DNA from: Myxococcales bacterium
GTDB lineage: Bacteria; Myxococcota_A; UBA9042
Length of the DNA stretch: 64,000 nucleotides
NCBI GenBank assembly: GCA_009692425.1
Contig: SHZF01000017.1
Location: 5,714-69,713 of the forward strand
Direction of reading: 5' to 3'
A model generated the notes under the pieces. That model had not been told where the DNA came from and did not search any database. It worked only from the letters and a program-made list of their open reading frames with translations. Each line of letters begins with the position of its first letter. The stretch's first letter is position 1. A program made the position numbers and the translations under genes. Positions 8,554 to 18,769 of this stretch are shown piece after piece.

Positions 8554-10611
8554 ATGCACGCGACGAATGCCAACGTGAGGCAACTGCCGCCCGAGGAACA
8601 GGGGGTTGCGCGCTGGCAGCCTCAGCCGATCGCGGCGGCCTGGCACGAGGTCCTGGCAACGCGGTCGGCGCAACGGGTGGGGCCGGCACTCGACGCGACC
8701 GTCGATGTCGTAGTGCGCCTGCTCGCCATCGTGGCGTTGCGCGACTACCTCGATGGACCCGCAGACCCGATGGTCGAGGAAGCGATCGAGCGGTTGGATC
8801 GACCGCAGTTGGTCGACTGGCTCGATCTGGTGGCGGCATGTGCGGCAGCCGTTGCCGGGCGTGGCGAGCCGAGCCCGTTCGCCCCGGAGTGGCTGCTTTG
8901 GGCGCGCACCCCCAAGGGCAACATTGGCCCTGGACTGGCGGCCGCGCGCCGTGCGGCGGCCGAGCGGGCGCACGTGACCGCGCATGGTGGAAACCCTGAC
9001 CCCGACGATGCGACCGGTGGTGCCGCGGCCGACGACGCGGGCTTGCGGGCAACGGTCGCCCTGCTCGATTCCATGCGCTGGTTCGGCGCCTATCGGCTGG
9101 TTCGCGTCGTCGATCTGACGACGCGGCGCCACGGCGGATTCGACGGACACCTGCAATTTTTTGTCGGCGCGGAAGAAGCCCCCGAACCGGTCGCTGCCGG
9201 CTGGACCGGCCACCTGTTGCAAGATGTCGTCTACCTGGCCAACCCGACGGCAACGGCGTTTGTCGAGTTGTCGCCGCTCGTCCGCGTGCTGCCGCACCCG
9301 CGCACGCGGCGCCCCGCCCTGTTCGTGCTCGAGGCCGCGCCGCGGCTGCAGCGGCTCGAATTGCGCCACACGGCAACCGGCGTGCGCGTCGAGACGACCA
9401 TTGTGGGTCCAGCCGGCGAAATGCAGCTGCGGCAGTGGCTCGCTGCGCGCCGGGAGCACGGTGCGCGCGTCGCCAACGTCGTGCTCGCGGGCCCGCTCGC
9501 CGTGGATGGCGACGACGACGCATTTGCGCCACACCGCCAAGAGCGGCCGCGTCGCGCCATCCCGGACCTCGCGCCGCAGCGCGTGCGGCGAACGCGCGCC
9601 AGTTCGAGCATGGCCCTGCCGGGGGCGACGCACCGCACACGTCTGCTGGTGGGCGCCCAAATCGCAGTCGCCGCGTTGCTGGTCGGCGCCACGGTGCGCC
9701 TGCTCGGTCCGCGCGTGCGCACGCCGACTCTCGACCCGGACACCGTAGCCGCCGCGCCGCGCAAGCCCGTGGGTTCGTCCGAAGCGCAGATCGCAGGCGA
9801 CGTGAGCACACGCGTCTCGACCGGTGTCGCTGGCGCTGCCGCCCCGAGTTTGCCCCAGCCGGTCGCGACGGTGCGGCCAGAGTCGATCCCTGCAGCCGCA
9901 CGTGAGCCAGTCTTGCCCGCCGCTCCCCAGCCTCGCGCGCCTGCTGCGTTTGCTTTGCCCGCGGCGCCTGCTGCGTCTGCTTTGCCCGCGACGGCGGCTG
10001 CTGCCGCTGCCGCGCTCGCCCCTTCCATCGACCTGCCTCCCGACCGGGCGGCACCACCGGAACCTTCCCGACGCGAGGCGTCCCGCGCAGACGCCCCGCG
10101 CGCAGTTGGAGATGACGCAGACGCCCCGCGCGCACCGGGACATTACGCAGGTACCGCGCCCGACGTGCTGGGGCCGGAGCCCGACCACGCCCGGCTCGCC
10201 CAGGCGGCCCATGCGCTGCGGCCGAGCTACGCCGCGCTGCAATGGGAGCAGGCTCTGTTGCTCGGCGACGCCTCGGCCGGCGACGCGCTGACGGCGATGG
10301 GCCGCCCTCCGGCGACCCCTGCAGACCCCGCCGACCTCGCACGCCGGCTGCACCGCGAAGGGAGTTCGATCATCTACGGCGGCGTCCTCAAACCCGCCGA
10401 CCGCCGCCGCCTGGCCAAGGACCTCTACGCCGACGCGGCGCGGCGTGGACTGCGCGCCGGACTGCTCGGCGTCGCGCGCATCGCCCTGTATGGGGAATGG
10501 AACCGGGGGCAATGCCGCGCATTCGTGGACGCCTTCCTCGCCGCGACGGGTCCGGCGACTGCCGCCGAGACCCACGAGGCCCGCGGTCTGGCGAACAAGT
10601 GCGCTCCCTAG
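8554..10611 (+). CDS. hypothetical membrane protein with Pro/Ala-rich low-complexity region
   Basis: Coherent 685-aa ORF starting immediately after the S1-protein stop. One predicted TM helix (LLVGAQIAVAALLVGATV) is followed by a P/A-rich segment containing an in-frame tandem duplication. The overlapping 796-aa minus-strand ORF is Arg/Pro-rich noise. Confidence 0.5.
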   Translation: MHATNANVRQLPPEEQGVARWQPQPIAAAWHEVLATRSAQRVGPALDATVDVVVRLLAIVALRDYLDGPADPMVEEAIERLDRPQLVDWLDLVAACAAAVAGRGEPSPFAPEWLLWARTPKGNIGPGLAAARRAAAERAHVTAHGGNPDPDDATGGAAADDAGLRATVALLDSMRWFGAYRLVRVVDLTTRRHGGFDGHLQFFVGAEEAPEPVAAGWTGHLLQDVVYLANPTATAFVELSPLVRVLPHPRTRRPALFVLEAAPRLQRLELRHTATGVRVETTIVGPAGEMQLRQWLAARREHGARVANVVLAGPLAVDGDDDAFAPHRQERPRRAIPDLAPQRVRRTRASSSMALPGATHRTRLLVGAQIAVAALLVGATVRLLGPRVRTPTLDPDTVAAAPRKPVGSSEAQIAGDVSTRVSTGVAGAAAPSLPQPVATVRPESIPAAAREPVLPAAPQPRAPAAFALPAAPAASALPATAAAAAAALAPSIDLPPDRAAPPEPSRREASRADAPRAVGDDADAPRAPGHYAGTAPDVLGPEPDHARLAQAAHALRPSYAALQWEQALLLGDASAGDALTAMGRPPATPADPADLARRLHREGSSIIYGGVLKPADRRRLAKDLYADAARRGLRAGLLGVARIALYGEWNRGQCRAFVDAFLAATGPATAAETHEARGLANKCAP
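9937..9990 (+). repeat. 27-bp in-frame tandem duplication (x2, one mismatch)
   Basis: gcgcctgctgcgtttgctttgcccgcg followed immediately by gcgcctgctgcgtctgctttgcccgcg; this encodes APAAFALPA-APAASALPA. Confidence 0.7.
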
Positions 10612-10669
10612 CCGATCGGGCAGTTTCTCCGTTGCGTTCGCCGCTTATTCGGGCCAGCATGCCACTCTG

Positions 10670-13600
10670 ATGAGCATGGCCGCCGAACCCCAGAACGCCG
10701 CGCCGCGTCGCGCCGACCCGCCGCCTGCCGAGGACCTGATGGCCCCCGTGGCGGTCTCAGGCGACGCCCCGCTGCCCGCCGAACGCACACCCGACGCCGA
10801 ACGCGCGCCAGGGTGGCCGTTGCCGCCCGTCACGCGTCCAGTTGTGCCAACGCCGGCCGAACCGTTGCGCGCGCTCCAGCCCGCAGTGAGCCGACCGGTC
10901 GGCGACGGGCTGCTGCCGCGCGACCTGCGCCATCCGTCGGGCATGGTCGAGCGCTTCGGCCTGCTCGTGCGCTGGTTCGCTTGGGTGTTTTTTGACAAGG
11001 TCCAATTCCCCGCGCGCATCGGCAACGACGTTGCCGCCGTGGCCCGCGAGGGCGCGGTGGTGTACGCACTGCACACCATCAGCGTGCTCGACTACCTCTA
11101 CCTGAACCACGTGCTGCCGCGGCACGGCCTGCCGCTGTCGCAATGGGCGAATGGCGTGTCGATGACCCTGTTCCAGCCGTGGCGGCGCGCCCTGGCTGGC
11201 TGGTTCGCGCGCGCCGTCCTGCGCCGCCCGCAGCCGGCCGAAACCGATGTGCTGCATGGCCACCTGCGCCGACGCCACGCCGTGACCGTTTTTCTGCGGC
11301 GCGCACACTCGCTCGTCGACGTGCTGACCGGGCGGCCTGACCCCGCGTGGTTGGGTGAACTGTTGGCGGCGCAACGGCAGGTGGGCTTTCCCATCCACGT
11401 CGTGCCGATGGTCCTGGTCTGGCAACGCGACCCTGAAACGCCGAGCACGTCCATCCTGGACGCCTTTTTCGGCGACCCGGAGGCGCCCGGCCGCCTGCGC
11501 AAGCTTCTGTCTTTCCTGATGAATTACCGAAGGGCCCACGTGCAGGCGGGCGAACCCATCGACCTGCAGCGCTTCCTGACGGCGCACGCGGCCCTGCGCG
11601 GAGAAGACCTGCTCGTCGGGCGGTTGCGCTTCCTGCTCGTGCAGGCCCTGAAGGCCGAGCAGCGGGTCATTCGCGGCGCTCCGGTCAAGCCGCCCCACGA
11701 GGTGCGCCACGAACTGCTCGCCGACCCCGAGGTCAGCGCCGACCTCGAAAGGGTCGCGCAGCAGACCGGCCAGCCCATCGCCATGGTGCGCGCCATCGCC
11801 GACCGAGACCTCCGCGAGATCGGTGCCGATTTTCGCATGTGGATGGTCGCGACGTTTTCGTTCGTCCTGACTCTCATCTGGGCCCGCATCTACGAGGGCA
11901 TCGAAGTCGATGAGGAAGGCCTGGACCGCGTACGCGAAGCCGGCCGCCGCGCGCCCGTCGTGATCGTGCCGAGCCACAAGAGCCACATCGACTACCTCGT
12001 CATCAGCTACATCTTCTACCGCCACGGCCTGATTCCGCCGCACATCGCGGCCGGCGACAACCTGAGCTTCTTTCCGCTCGGGTGGACATTTCGCCGCGCC
12101 GGCGCCTTCTTCTTGCGCCGGTCGTTTTCGGGCGCGCCCATCTACGCGGCAGCGTTTCGCCACTACGTGCGCAAGTTGCTCAAGGACGGGCACTGGATCG
12201 AGTTCTTCCCCGAAGGCGGACGCTCGCGCACGGGCAAGCTGCTGCCGCCGAAGATGGGCCTCATGCGCAACGTGCTCGAGGCCGTCGCCGACGGCGTGCA
12301 GACCGACGTTTGGCTGATGCCGACCAACTTCGGCTACGAGCGCCTGATCGAGGAGAAATCGTACAAGAAGGAACTCGAAGGCGGCGAAAAGACTAAAGAA
12401 TCGATGGGAGAGGTGCTCAAGGCCACGAGCATCCTCGTTCACAAGTACGGCCGCATCCGTGTCCAATTCGGCGCGCCGGTCAGCGTGCGCGCCCTGCTCG
12501 AAGAACATGGCGCCCTCGTCGCGGGAGTGGCGCGCGACCCCCACGCGTTCGACCGTGCAGTCAAGGTGGCGGCGTGGCGCGTGCTGGGGCGCATCAACGA
12601 GGCGGCCGTCATCACGCCCACAGCGCTCGTGGCCGCCGTCCTGCTGACCAAGATCGGCAAGGGCATCGGGCGCGAGGACCTGCTGCTGCGCGTCGGCTTC
12701 CTGCTCGAGGGTGCCGTGAAGCGCAAGGCGGTGCTGTCGGAGCCATTGGTGACGGCGATCAAGATGCGGCGCGCCCAGTTGCACGATGCAGGCCAGCGCG
12801 ACCACCACCGTCACGCCGAGTCGGGTGGCGTCGCAGATCCTCTCGGCGAGCAGTCGGAGCGCGCGCGCCGCATGGGTCAGGCCGTGGCCGGAGTCGTCGA
12901 ACCCGTGCTGCAGATGTTTGCCGAGGGCCACTGGGTGGTGAGAAAGACGTTTGATTCTGAAGATGTGCTGTTGGTCAAGAAGGCGGGCCGGCTGCACCTC
13001 GACTACTACAAGAACAACCTCCTGCACCTGTACGTGCCCGAGGCGCTGCTGGCAGCGAGCCTGTTGGCGTTGCGAGAGTCGAACCTCGGCGGGGCGCGGG
13101 CCAACGGGGCTGGCGCGCTTGATCCGGTGGAGTTGCAGGAGCAGACGAAGTTCTTGTCGCGGCTGCTGAAATTCGAGTTCGTGTACGAGCCGGGCATCTC
13201 TTTCGAGCAGCAGTACCAGCGCACGGTGGATGAATTCTGCGCCGAGGGCTGGCTGGCGCGCGACGCCGATGGCCGGCTCCAATTGGCGGCGACGGTGGTG
13301 CCGGCTGTGCGGCTCTACGCCAAGCTCATCCAGAATTTCATCGAGTCCTACTGGGTCGTGGGGCGCGCGCTCGACGGCCTGAAGAAGGGCGCGATGACCG
13401 AAAAAGCCTTCCTCGAGCACGTCCAGGCCGAGGCCGAAAAGGCGTTCGATCTGGGCGCAGTGCAGTGCTACGAGGCCGTGAGCAAGGTCAACCTCTCGAA
13501 TGCGCTGAAGATCTTTATCGAACAGGGCTTCGTGCGCCGGGCATTTGAGGGCAGCGGCAAGAAGAGCCAGCCCGTGCTCAGTGTGGTGGTCGGCGAGGAA

Positions 13601-13678
13601 ACCGGGAAGAATCTGGCCTGTCTCGTGGAACGAATCGCACAGTTGCAGGCGCCGTGGCGGGCCGACAAGACGACCTAG
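10670..13678 (+). CDS. plsB: glycerol-3-phosphate 1-O-acyltransferase PlsB (with about 200-aa N-terminal extension)
   Basis: Acyltransferase blocks are present: VPSHKSHIDYLVISY (HxxxxD), FFLRRSF, FFPEGGRSRTGKLLPPKMGL. The length and downstream conserved regions match PlsB. Start chosen at MSMAAEPQ after the upstream gene stop. Confidence 0.8.
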   Translation: MSMAAEPQNAAPRRADPPPAEDLMAPVAVSGDAPLPAERTPDAERAPGWPLPPVTRPVVPTPAEPLRALQPAVSRPVGDGLLPRDLRHPSGMVERFGLLVRWFAWVFFDKVQFPARIGNDVAAVAREGAVVYALHTISVLDYLYLNHVLPRHGLPLSQWANGVSMTLFQPWRRALAGWFARAVLRRPQPAETDVLHGHLRRRHAVTVFLRRAHSLVDVLTGRPDPAWLGELLAAQRQVGFPIHVVPMVLVWQRDPETPSTSILDAFFGDPEAPGRLRKLLSFLMNYRRAHVQAGEPIDLQRFLTAHAALRGEDLLVGRLRFLLVQALKAEQRVIRGAPVKPPHEVRHELLADPEVSADLERVAQQTGQPIAMVRAIADRDLREIGADFRMWMVATFSFVLTLIWARIYEGIEVDEEGLDRVREAGRRAPVVIVPSHKSHIDYLVISYIFYRHGLIPPHIAAGDNLSFFPLGWTFRRAGAFFLRRSFSGAPIYAAAFRHYVRKLLKDGHWIEFFPEGGRSRTGKLLPPKMGLMRNVLEAVADGVQTDVWLMPTNFGYERLIEEKSYKKELEGGEKTKESMGEVLKATSILVHKYGRIRVQFGAPVSVRALLEEHGALVAGVARDPHAFDRAVKVAAWRVLGRINEAAVITPTALVAAVLLTKIGKGIGREDLLLRVGFLLEGAVKRKAVLSEPLVTAIKMRRAQLHDAGQRDHHRHAESGGVADPLGEQSERARRMGQAVAGVVEPVLQMFAEGHWVVRKTFDSEDVLLVKKAGRLHLDYYKNNLLHLYVPEALLAASLLALRESNLGGARANGAGALDPVELQEQTKFLSRLLKFEFVYEPGISFEQQYQRTVDEFCAEGWLARDADGRLQLAATVVPAVRLYAKLIQNFIESYWVVGRALDGLKKGAMTEKAFLEHVQAEAEKAFDLGAVQCYEAVSKVNLSNALKIFIEQGFVRRAFEGSGKKSQPVLSVVVGEETGKNLACLVERIAQLQAPWRADKTT

Positions 13679-13694
13679 CCCGCTTGAAAGACCC

Positions 13695-15389
13695 ATGAAA
13701 TCGTTCGATCTGCATGTGCCCGTCGGGCCCGAATCGGCTCCCGGTGCCGGCGAACCTGCCGTGTTGCGCGCGGCGGCGGCGGCGACGGGCCTAGCGCCCG
13801 ACCGCGTGGGCACGGTGGTCATCCGGCGGCGTTCGCTCGATCTGCGCAAGCGCCGTCAGCCACAGTGGGTGTTGCGCTGCGACGTGTTCCAGACCGACGA
13901 AGTGCCGCCGTCGGGGGCCTTGCCGCCGCTCGTGCGGCCGTGGCGCCTGGGTAGGCCGCTGCCGGGCTTGCACCCCATCATCGTCGGCAGCGGTCCGGCC
14001 GGGCTTTTCGCGGCCCTGCAGTTTGCCGATGCCGGCGTGCGCTGCACGCTGCTCGAGCGCGGAGCGGCGGTCGAAGGGCGCAATCTCGACGTCCGCGACC
14101 TGCGCGCCGCGGGCACCCTCGACCCGGAGTCGAACCTGTGCTTCGGTGAGGGCGGCGCCGGCACCTACTCGGACGGCAAGCTTTTCACGCGCTCGAAACA
14201 CCCATTGGTGCGCGAGGTCTACGAACGCCTGGTGGCGCTCGGCGCAGGCCCGCAACTGCTGGTCGATCACCATCCGCACATCGGCACGAACCGGCTGATC
14301 CCGATGGTGCGGCGCCTGCGCGAGGCCCTGCTCGAAGCGGGCCATGACCTGCGCTTCGGCGCGCGCGTCGATGACTTGATCGTCAGGCCCGGCAGCGTAC
14401 GTCCCACGGTCGTCGGCGTGCGCCTGCAAGACGGCACCGAGATCATCGGCGGGCCGGTGCTGCTGGCCACGGGCCACTCGGCGCGCGACACCTACGCCAT
14501 GCTGGCCCGCCACGGCGTCGCGCTGCAGCGCAAGGACTTCGCAGTCGGCGCGCGCATCGAACATCCGCAGGCGTTGGTCGATGCGGTGCAACTCGGCGAC
14601 CTGGCGGGGCATGCGGCGATCGGGCCGGCGGAGTACTTCCTGGCGTGCCAGGTGCCAGGGCACGACGACGGGGCACGCGGCGTGTACTCGTTCTGCATGT
14701 GCCCCGGCGGATTCGTGCTGCCGACGCCGACGCAGGCCGGGCGACTGAACGTCAACGGCATGTCCAATTCCAACCGCGGCAGCGGCTTTGCCAACGCGGC
14801 ACTGGTGGCACAGGTGCGCGCTCACGAGTTCTGGCTCGAACGACCGGGCGATCTCGATGCCGATGCCGAATTCGGCGCCCACGTGGCCGGCGGTGCCTTG
14901 CTCGGGCTGGCGCTGCAGGATCGCTTGGAGGCGGCGTGCTTCGAGTCGGGTGGCGGAGGCTGCGTGGCACCGGCGCAGGGGGTGCTCGATTTCGTGGCCG
15001 GTCGTGACCCGGTGGCGCTGCCGGAACGATCGACCTACCGCCCCGACTTGCGCCTGGCGCGGGTCGATCGCCTGCTGCCCAGTCGCATCACGCGGGCGCT
15101 GCGCCTGGCGATGAGCGAGATCGACCGGCGCCAGTTGCGCGGGTACCTGAGTCAGTTCGGCGTCGTCATGGGCGTCGAGACGACGACGAGCGCGCCCGTA
15201 CGCATCGTGCGCGGCGACGATCTGCAGTCGATCAGCCACGCGGGACTGTATCCGTGCGCCGAGGGTGCCGGCTACGCGGGCGGCATCGTGTCGTCCGCGA
15301 TCGACGGGATGGAGGCCGCCCGCGCGGTCCTCGCGTGCCACAGTAGCGTTACGATGCCGGTCGCCGCCGCCGTGCGTCCTGCGGTTTGA
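13695..15389 (+). CDS. FAD-dependent oxidoreductase (COG2509-like)
   Basis: N-terminal Rossmann dinucleotide motif IIVGSGPAGLFAALQFADAG...LLERG with GEGGAGTYSDGKL. The C-terminal domain is typical of uncharacterised FAD-dependent dehydrogenases. Confidence 0.7.
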   Translation: MKSFDLHVPVGPESAPGAGEPAVLRAAAAATGLAPDRVGTVVIRRRSLDLRKRRQPQWVLRCDVFQTDEVPPSGALPPLVRPWRLGRPLPGLHPIIVGSGPAGLFAALQFADAGVRCTLLERGAAVEGRNLDVRDLRAAGTLDPESNLCFGEGGAGTYSDGKLFTRSKHPLVREVYERLVALGAGPQLLVDHHPHIGTNRLIPMVRRLREALLEAGHDLRFGARVDDLIVRPGSVRPTVVGVRLQDGTEIIGGPVLLATGHSARDTYAMLARHGVALQRKDFAVGARIEHPQALVDAVQLGDLAGHAAIGPAEYFLACQVPGHDDGARGVYSFCMCPGGFVLPTPTQAGRLNVNGMSNSNRGSGFANAALVAQVRAHEFWLERPGDLDADAEFGAHVAGGALLGLALQDRLEAACFESGGGGCVAPAQGVLDFVAGRDPVALPERSTYRPDLRLARVDRLLPSRITRALRLAMSEIDRRQLRGYLSQFGVVMGVETTTSAPVRIVRGDDLQSISHAGLYPCAEGAGYAGGIVSSAIDGMEAARAVLACHSSVTMPVAAAVRPAV

Positions 15390-16410
15390 CGTCAAGCAGG
15401 TCGGGCCGCGCGGCGCGAACGTGGGCCAGGTAGAACGGAGCCTCGCGTTGGCGTTCAAGACGGCCGACGTCCGCTTCGTCTTCGAGCCAACGCTGAATCG
15501 CGCCCAGCCATGGACCGGGCGGCAGGCCCGTCTCGCTCAAGACCAGCGAACCGAAGCCTTTGGGCAAAGCGGGCAGCTTGGCGTCTCCCGCGGCAATCTC
15601 GGGGATGCGCTCGTTCAACTGGCTGGCCAGCGAGCGGACCTCGGCAATGCGTTGGCTGCGTCGCGTCGTGTAGTCCGATTGGCTGAACGCGAGCACATCG
15701 TCGAGGTGCGGACCCATGTCGCGGATGAGGCGGCGCACGGCCGAATCGGTCCACTCCGCGGTGTAGACGTTGGCGCGCGCGTGGTTGGCGATCACCCACG
15801 CGATGCGATCGCGCAGTTCGGGCTCCATGTGGAATCGACCGGCGACACCCTCCATCAGGCTCGCGGACAACTCCTCGTGGCGAAAGAAGTGGACCTTGCC
15901 TTGCCGCACGGTGCGCGTCCACACCTTGCCCGCGTCGTGCATGAGCGCGACCCAGCGCACGACGAGCGACGGCGGGCATTTCTCGACCACCTGCAGCGTG
16001 TGGTCGAAGATGTCCTTGTGGTGCACCGGACAGGACTTGTGGAAGTCGATCATGCAAACGACTTCGGGCACCAGCAGTTGCAGGGCGCGGGCATCGTGCA
16101 GCCAGCGCAGCCCCGTCGCCGCGCGCGGGGCCACCAACACCGCACCGAAGCGCTCCTGCCACACCGCGCGATCCAGCCCCAGCAAGTTGCCGGCATCGCG
16201 TTGGGCGTGGCGCGTCAGGTCCGGCGCCGGCCGCAATCCCGAGGCGGCGGCCCACACGGCGACGTCGAGAATCCGGTGGGCGCCTTCGCGCAGCAATACG
16301 CGCAGGTCGCCGGCAGGCCGCAGCCGACCCTGGCTGGCCTCGTCGGGATCGGCGTGGCAGCCGAGGGCGGCCAGGCGTTCGAGCGTCGTCGGCAGGTCGG
16401 TCACAGGCAC
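15349..16410 (-). CDS. HD-domain phosphohydrolase-like protein
   Basis: HD-domain residues in FHKSCPVHHKDIFDHTLQVV...LMHDAGK. The N-terminal 47 codons of the ORF are low-complexity, so I tentatively placed the start at an internal GTG (VPVTDLPTTLERL). Confidence 0.55.
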   Translation of the reverse strand: MPVTDLPTTLERLAALGCHADPDEASQGRLRPAGDLRVLLREGAHRILDVAVWAAASGLRPAPDLTRHAQRDAGNLLGLDRAVWQERFGAVLVAPRAATGLRWLHDARALQLLVPEVVCMIDFHKSCPVHHKDIFDHTLQVVEKCPPSLVVRWVALMHDAGKVWTRTVRQGKVHFFRHEELSASLMEGVAGRFHMEPELRDRIAWVIANHARANVYTAEWTDSAVRRLIRDMGPHLDDVLAFSQSDYTTRRSQRIAEVRSLASQLNERIPEIAAGDAKLPALPKGFGSLVLSETGLPPGPWLGAIQRWLEDEADVGRLERQREAPFYLAHVRAARPDLLDVKPQDARRRRPAS

Positions 16411-16622
16411 GGTGTTGGGTCCTTGCCCGCTGGGCGATGAACGGCAGGCGGTCGCGGTGTAGCGGCGGGGCGGGCCGCGGTCAATCCCTGACGCGTGCGC
16501 CCCCGTCGATTCGCAGGCGGAGGAGCAAACGTCAGGGCGTCGACTGTACAATCTTGACCCCTGCCCTGCGTCCGACGCATCCTGCCTCCGCGCACCGCCC
16601 GCACCGGTGCGTGGGGCCCCCG

Positions 16623-17657
16623 ATGGTCGATACCCGCTTTGTCGCAGCGCACCTCCGGTTCGTCGCGTTGACTCTGCCGCTGGCCGTCCTCGCCGCGTCG
16701 TGCGGCGCGCCCCAGTTCATGCGCGAGCCCGGTGCGCCCAAGTACAAGGCGCTGCACTACACGCACCCGGTCATGGTCGCGCCACGCCTCGACATGTTGC
16801 CCGAGCCGCGCCAGATCGTGGGGTTGATGGCGACGCTGACGAGGGGTGGCGCCGGCGATCGCGCCAAGGTCGCCGGCAAGTTCCGCTCTGAGGCCCGCAA
16901 GTACGGCTGCGACGCGGTGGCCGAGGTCAGCTTCGAGACACTCGAAAAGAAGGGGACGCGCCCCGTGCGCGTGCTCGGCAAGGACGGTCGGCCGGAGACG
17001 GTGCAGGAAGCGTTCGTGGTGCGCGACTATCGCTGGACGGGCAAATGCGTGCGCACCGCCGATGTCGGTCTGGACCCTGGCGCGGCACCCACAGCGCGCG
17101 TGGCCACCGACGACGCGGCCGTCAAGGAATTGCTGGCGTCGGCGACGAACGAGCCGGTCGATCCGGTGCCGGCGCCACCGGCGGGCGGCGCGGGCCCCAA
17201 AGAGGCGACGGTCGCCGCCACGCACCCGATCGTGGCCGACTTCGCCCAGCGCCTCGACCGCTATGCCGACACCTACCTGCGCAACTGGCGGGAAAAGCTC
17301 CGCGCGCCCGGCCTCGACGCGATGGATGTGCTGGAAGCCTGGAACGAACTCGCCTTCCAAGTCTCCGGCCCGGGAGGCTTCTGGCGCCGCACCGTGCCGC
17401 AGAACTGGTGGGGTTGCGCCGGCTCAGTTCCGGCCGAGACGTGCAAGAACATGGAAGCCGCCACGCGGGACCTGGCGCGCTGGGACCGCATGCAGGCGGC
17501 CATCGGCGCGATCGAGCCCCAGCAGGCGCTCAGCTTCCTGCGCAAGCAAAAGCCGAAACTGGCCGAGTACCTCGACGCGGTCGTGCCGGACGAGGCGAAC
17601 CAGTCGAGCATGGAGCACACCGGGTTCTTCAAGGCCCACTTTCAGGCCTCGCCGTGA
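16623..17657 (+). CDS. hypothetical lipoprotein
   Basis: MVDTRFVAAHLRFVALTLPLAVLAASCG is a lipoprotein signal peptide with lipobox. The mature protein has no recognisable domain. Confidence 0.55.
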   Translation: MVDTRFVAAHLRFVALTLPLAVLAASCGAPQFMREPGAPKYKALHYTHPVMVAPRLDMLPEPRQIVGLMATLTRGGAGDRAKVAGKFRSEARKYGCDAVAEVSFETLEKKGTRPVRVLGKDGRPETVQEAFVVRDYRWTGKCVRTADVGLDPGAAPTARVATDDAAVKELLASATNEPVDPVPAPPAGGAGPKEATVAATHPIVADFAQRLDRYADTYLRNWREKLRAPGLDAMDVLEAWNELAFQVSGPGGFWRRTVPQNWWGCAGSVPAETCKNMEAATRDLARWDRMQAAIGAIEPQQALSFLRKQKPKLAEYLDAVVPDEANQSSMEHTGFFKAHFQASP

Positions 17658-17911
17658 GGGCCCGTGCAAGAATTACCCAGTCGACCGGCCATCTCGGTGT
17701 TGCATCGTGAAATCTCTTCGGCACGGTCCCTTGTCGCTGATCGGGTCGCCAAGTCCGCGGCGGAAGCCGACTCGCAGCGACACGAAGGCGATCGACTTGT
17801 TCTTGCGCGCGCCGTGACCCAGGCTGCCAGGCAGGCGAATTCGACAACCCGGCGAACCCGTGCGATGGGTGCCCCAGGCTGGCTGCGCGCAGCCCGCCGT
17901 ACCTGAGGTCC

Positions 17912-18769
17912 ATGTCCACTGGCAATGTCGCGAAACTGCGAGAGCTCAGGGGCGTCATCGAGGCCGCGATCGGTCCGGTTCATGCTCCGTTGGGCATCAT
18001 CCTGGGCTCCGGGCTTGGCGCGGTGGCCGATGCCGTCACCGATGCGCGCCGCCTGCCGTATGGCCGGTTGCCGCACCTGTCGCCTTCCACTGTCATCGGA
18101 CACAAGGGCGAGTTCGTGGCCGGGCGCTGGCGTGGCCGCGACGTGGTCGTGCTGTCGGGGCGCGTGCACCGCTACGAAGGGCACAGTCACGATGCGGTTG
18201 CGCTGCCGGTGCGCTTGTTGGGCGCGCTCGGCGTCGATACCGTCATCGTCACAAACGCGGCGGGCGCACTGCACACCCGGCTGCAGCCCGGCGACCTGAT
18301 GCTGCTCGCGGACCACATCAACCTGAGCGGCGGCAATCCGCTCACCGGCAAGAATGACGCGCCCCTCGGGCCGCGTTTTCCCGACATGACGGCGGCCTAC
18401 GACGTCGAACTGCGGGCGCTCGCGAAATCGGTTGCCGCACGTCTCGGCCAGGACCTGCACGAAGGGGTCTATGTCGGCCTGCAGGGACCGAGCTACGAGA
18501 CCCCGGCCGAAGTGCGCATGCTGGCCCAGTTGGGCGGCGATGCGGTCGGCATGTCGACCGTGTCCGAAGTGATCGCGGCACGCCACATGGGCCTGCGCGT
18601 ACTCGGGCTGTCCTGCATCACGAATCTCGGCGCGGGTCTCGGCTCCGGCACGCTCGATCACAGCCACGTCGGCGCGGTGGCCCAGGCGGCATCGGAGCGC
18701 ATGATCGCGCTGCTCGCCGGCGTGGTCGATGGCCTGCCGAGCCTGGCTTGTCGCCCGAGGCCGTTCTGA
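17912..18769 (+). CDS. purine nucleoside phosphorylase (trimeric PNP-I family)
   Basis: LGIILGSGLG, VIGHKGEFVAGRWRGRDVVVLSGRVHRYEGH, GMSTVSEV and LSCITN match the PNP/MTAP family. GAGGT RBS upstream of ATG 17912. The stop overlaps the cdd start (TGATG). Confidence 0.85.
   Translation: MSTGNVAKLRELRGVIEAAIGPVHAPLGIILGSGLGAVADAVTDARRLPYGRLPHLSPSTVIGHKGEFVAGRWRGRDVVVLSGRVHRYEGHSHDAVALPVRLLGALGVDTVIVTNAAGALHTRLQPGDLMLLADHINLSGGNPLTGKNDAPLGPRFPDMTAAYDVELRALAKSVAARLGQDLHEGVYVGLQGPSYETPAEVRMLAQLGGDAVGMSTVSEVIAARHMGLRVLGLSCITNLGAGLGSGTLDHSHVGAVAQAASERMIALLAGVVDGLPSLACRPRPF

Noticed and set aside
7952-10342. 796-aa minus-strand ORF overlapping the S1-protein and membrane-protein genes
   Set aside because: Its translation is Arg/Pro/Ala-rich low complexity, typical of an antisense shadow ORF in about 70% GC DNA. 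The plus-strand genes have coherent motifs.
10757-13849. 1030-aa minus-strand ORF across plsB
   Set aside because: It is antisense to a gene with unambiguous acyltransferase motifs (HxxxxD, FxxxGGRSRTG). Its composition is Arg/Gly/Ala-biased with no motif.
17658-17911. 254-nt intergenic region upstream of the PNP gene, examined for a tRNA or riboswitch
   Set aside because: No cloverleaf-compatible stems or recognisable riboswitch consensus by eye. It is likely a plain promoter region.
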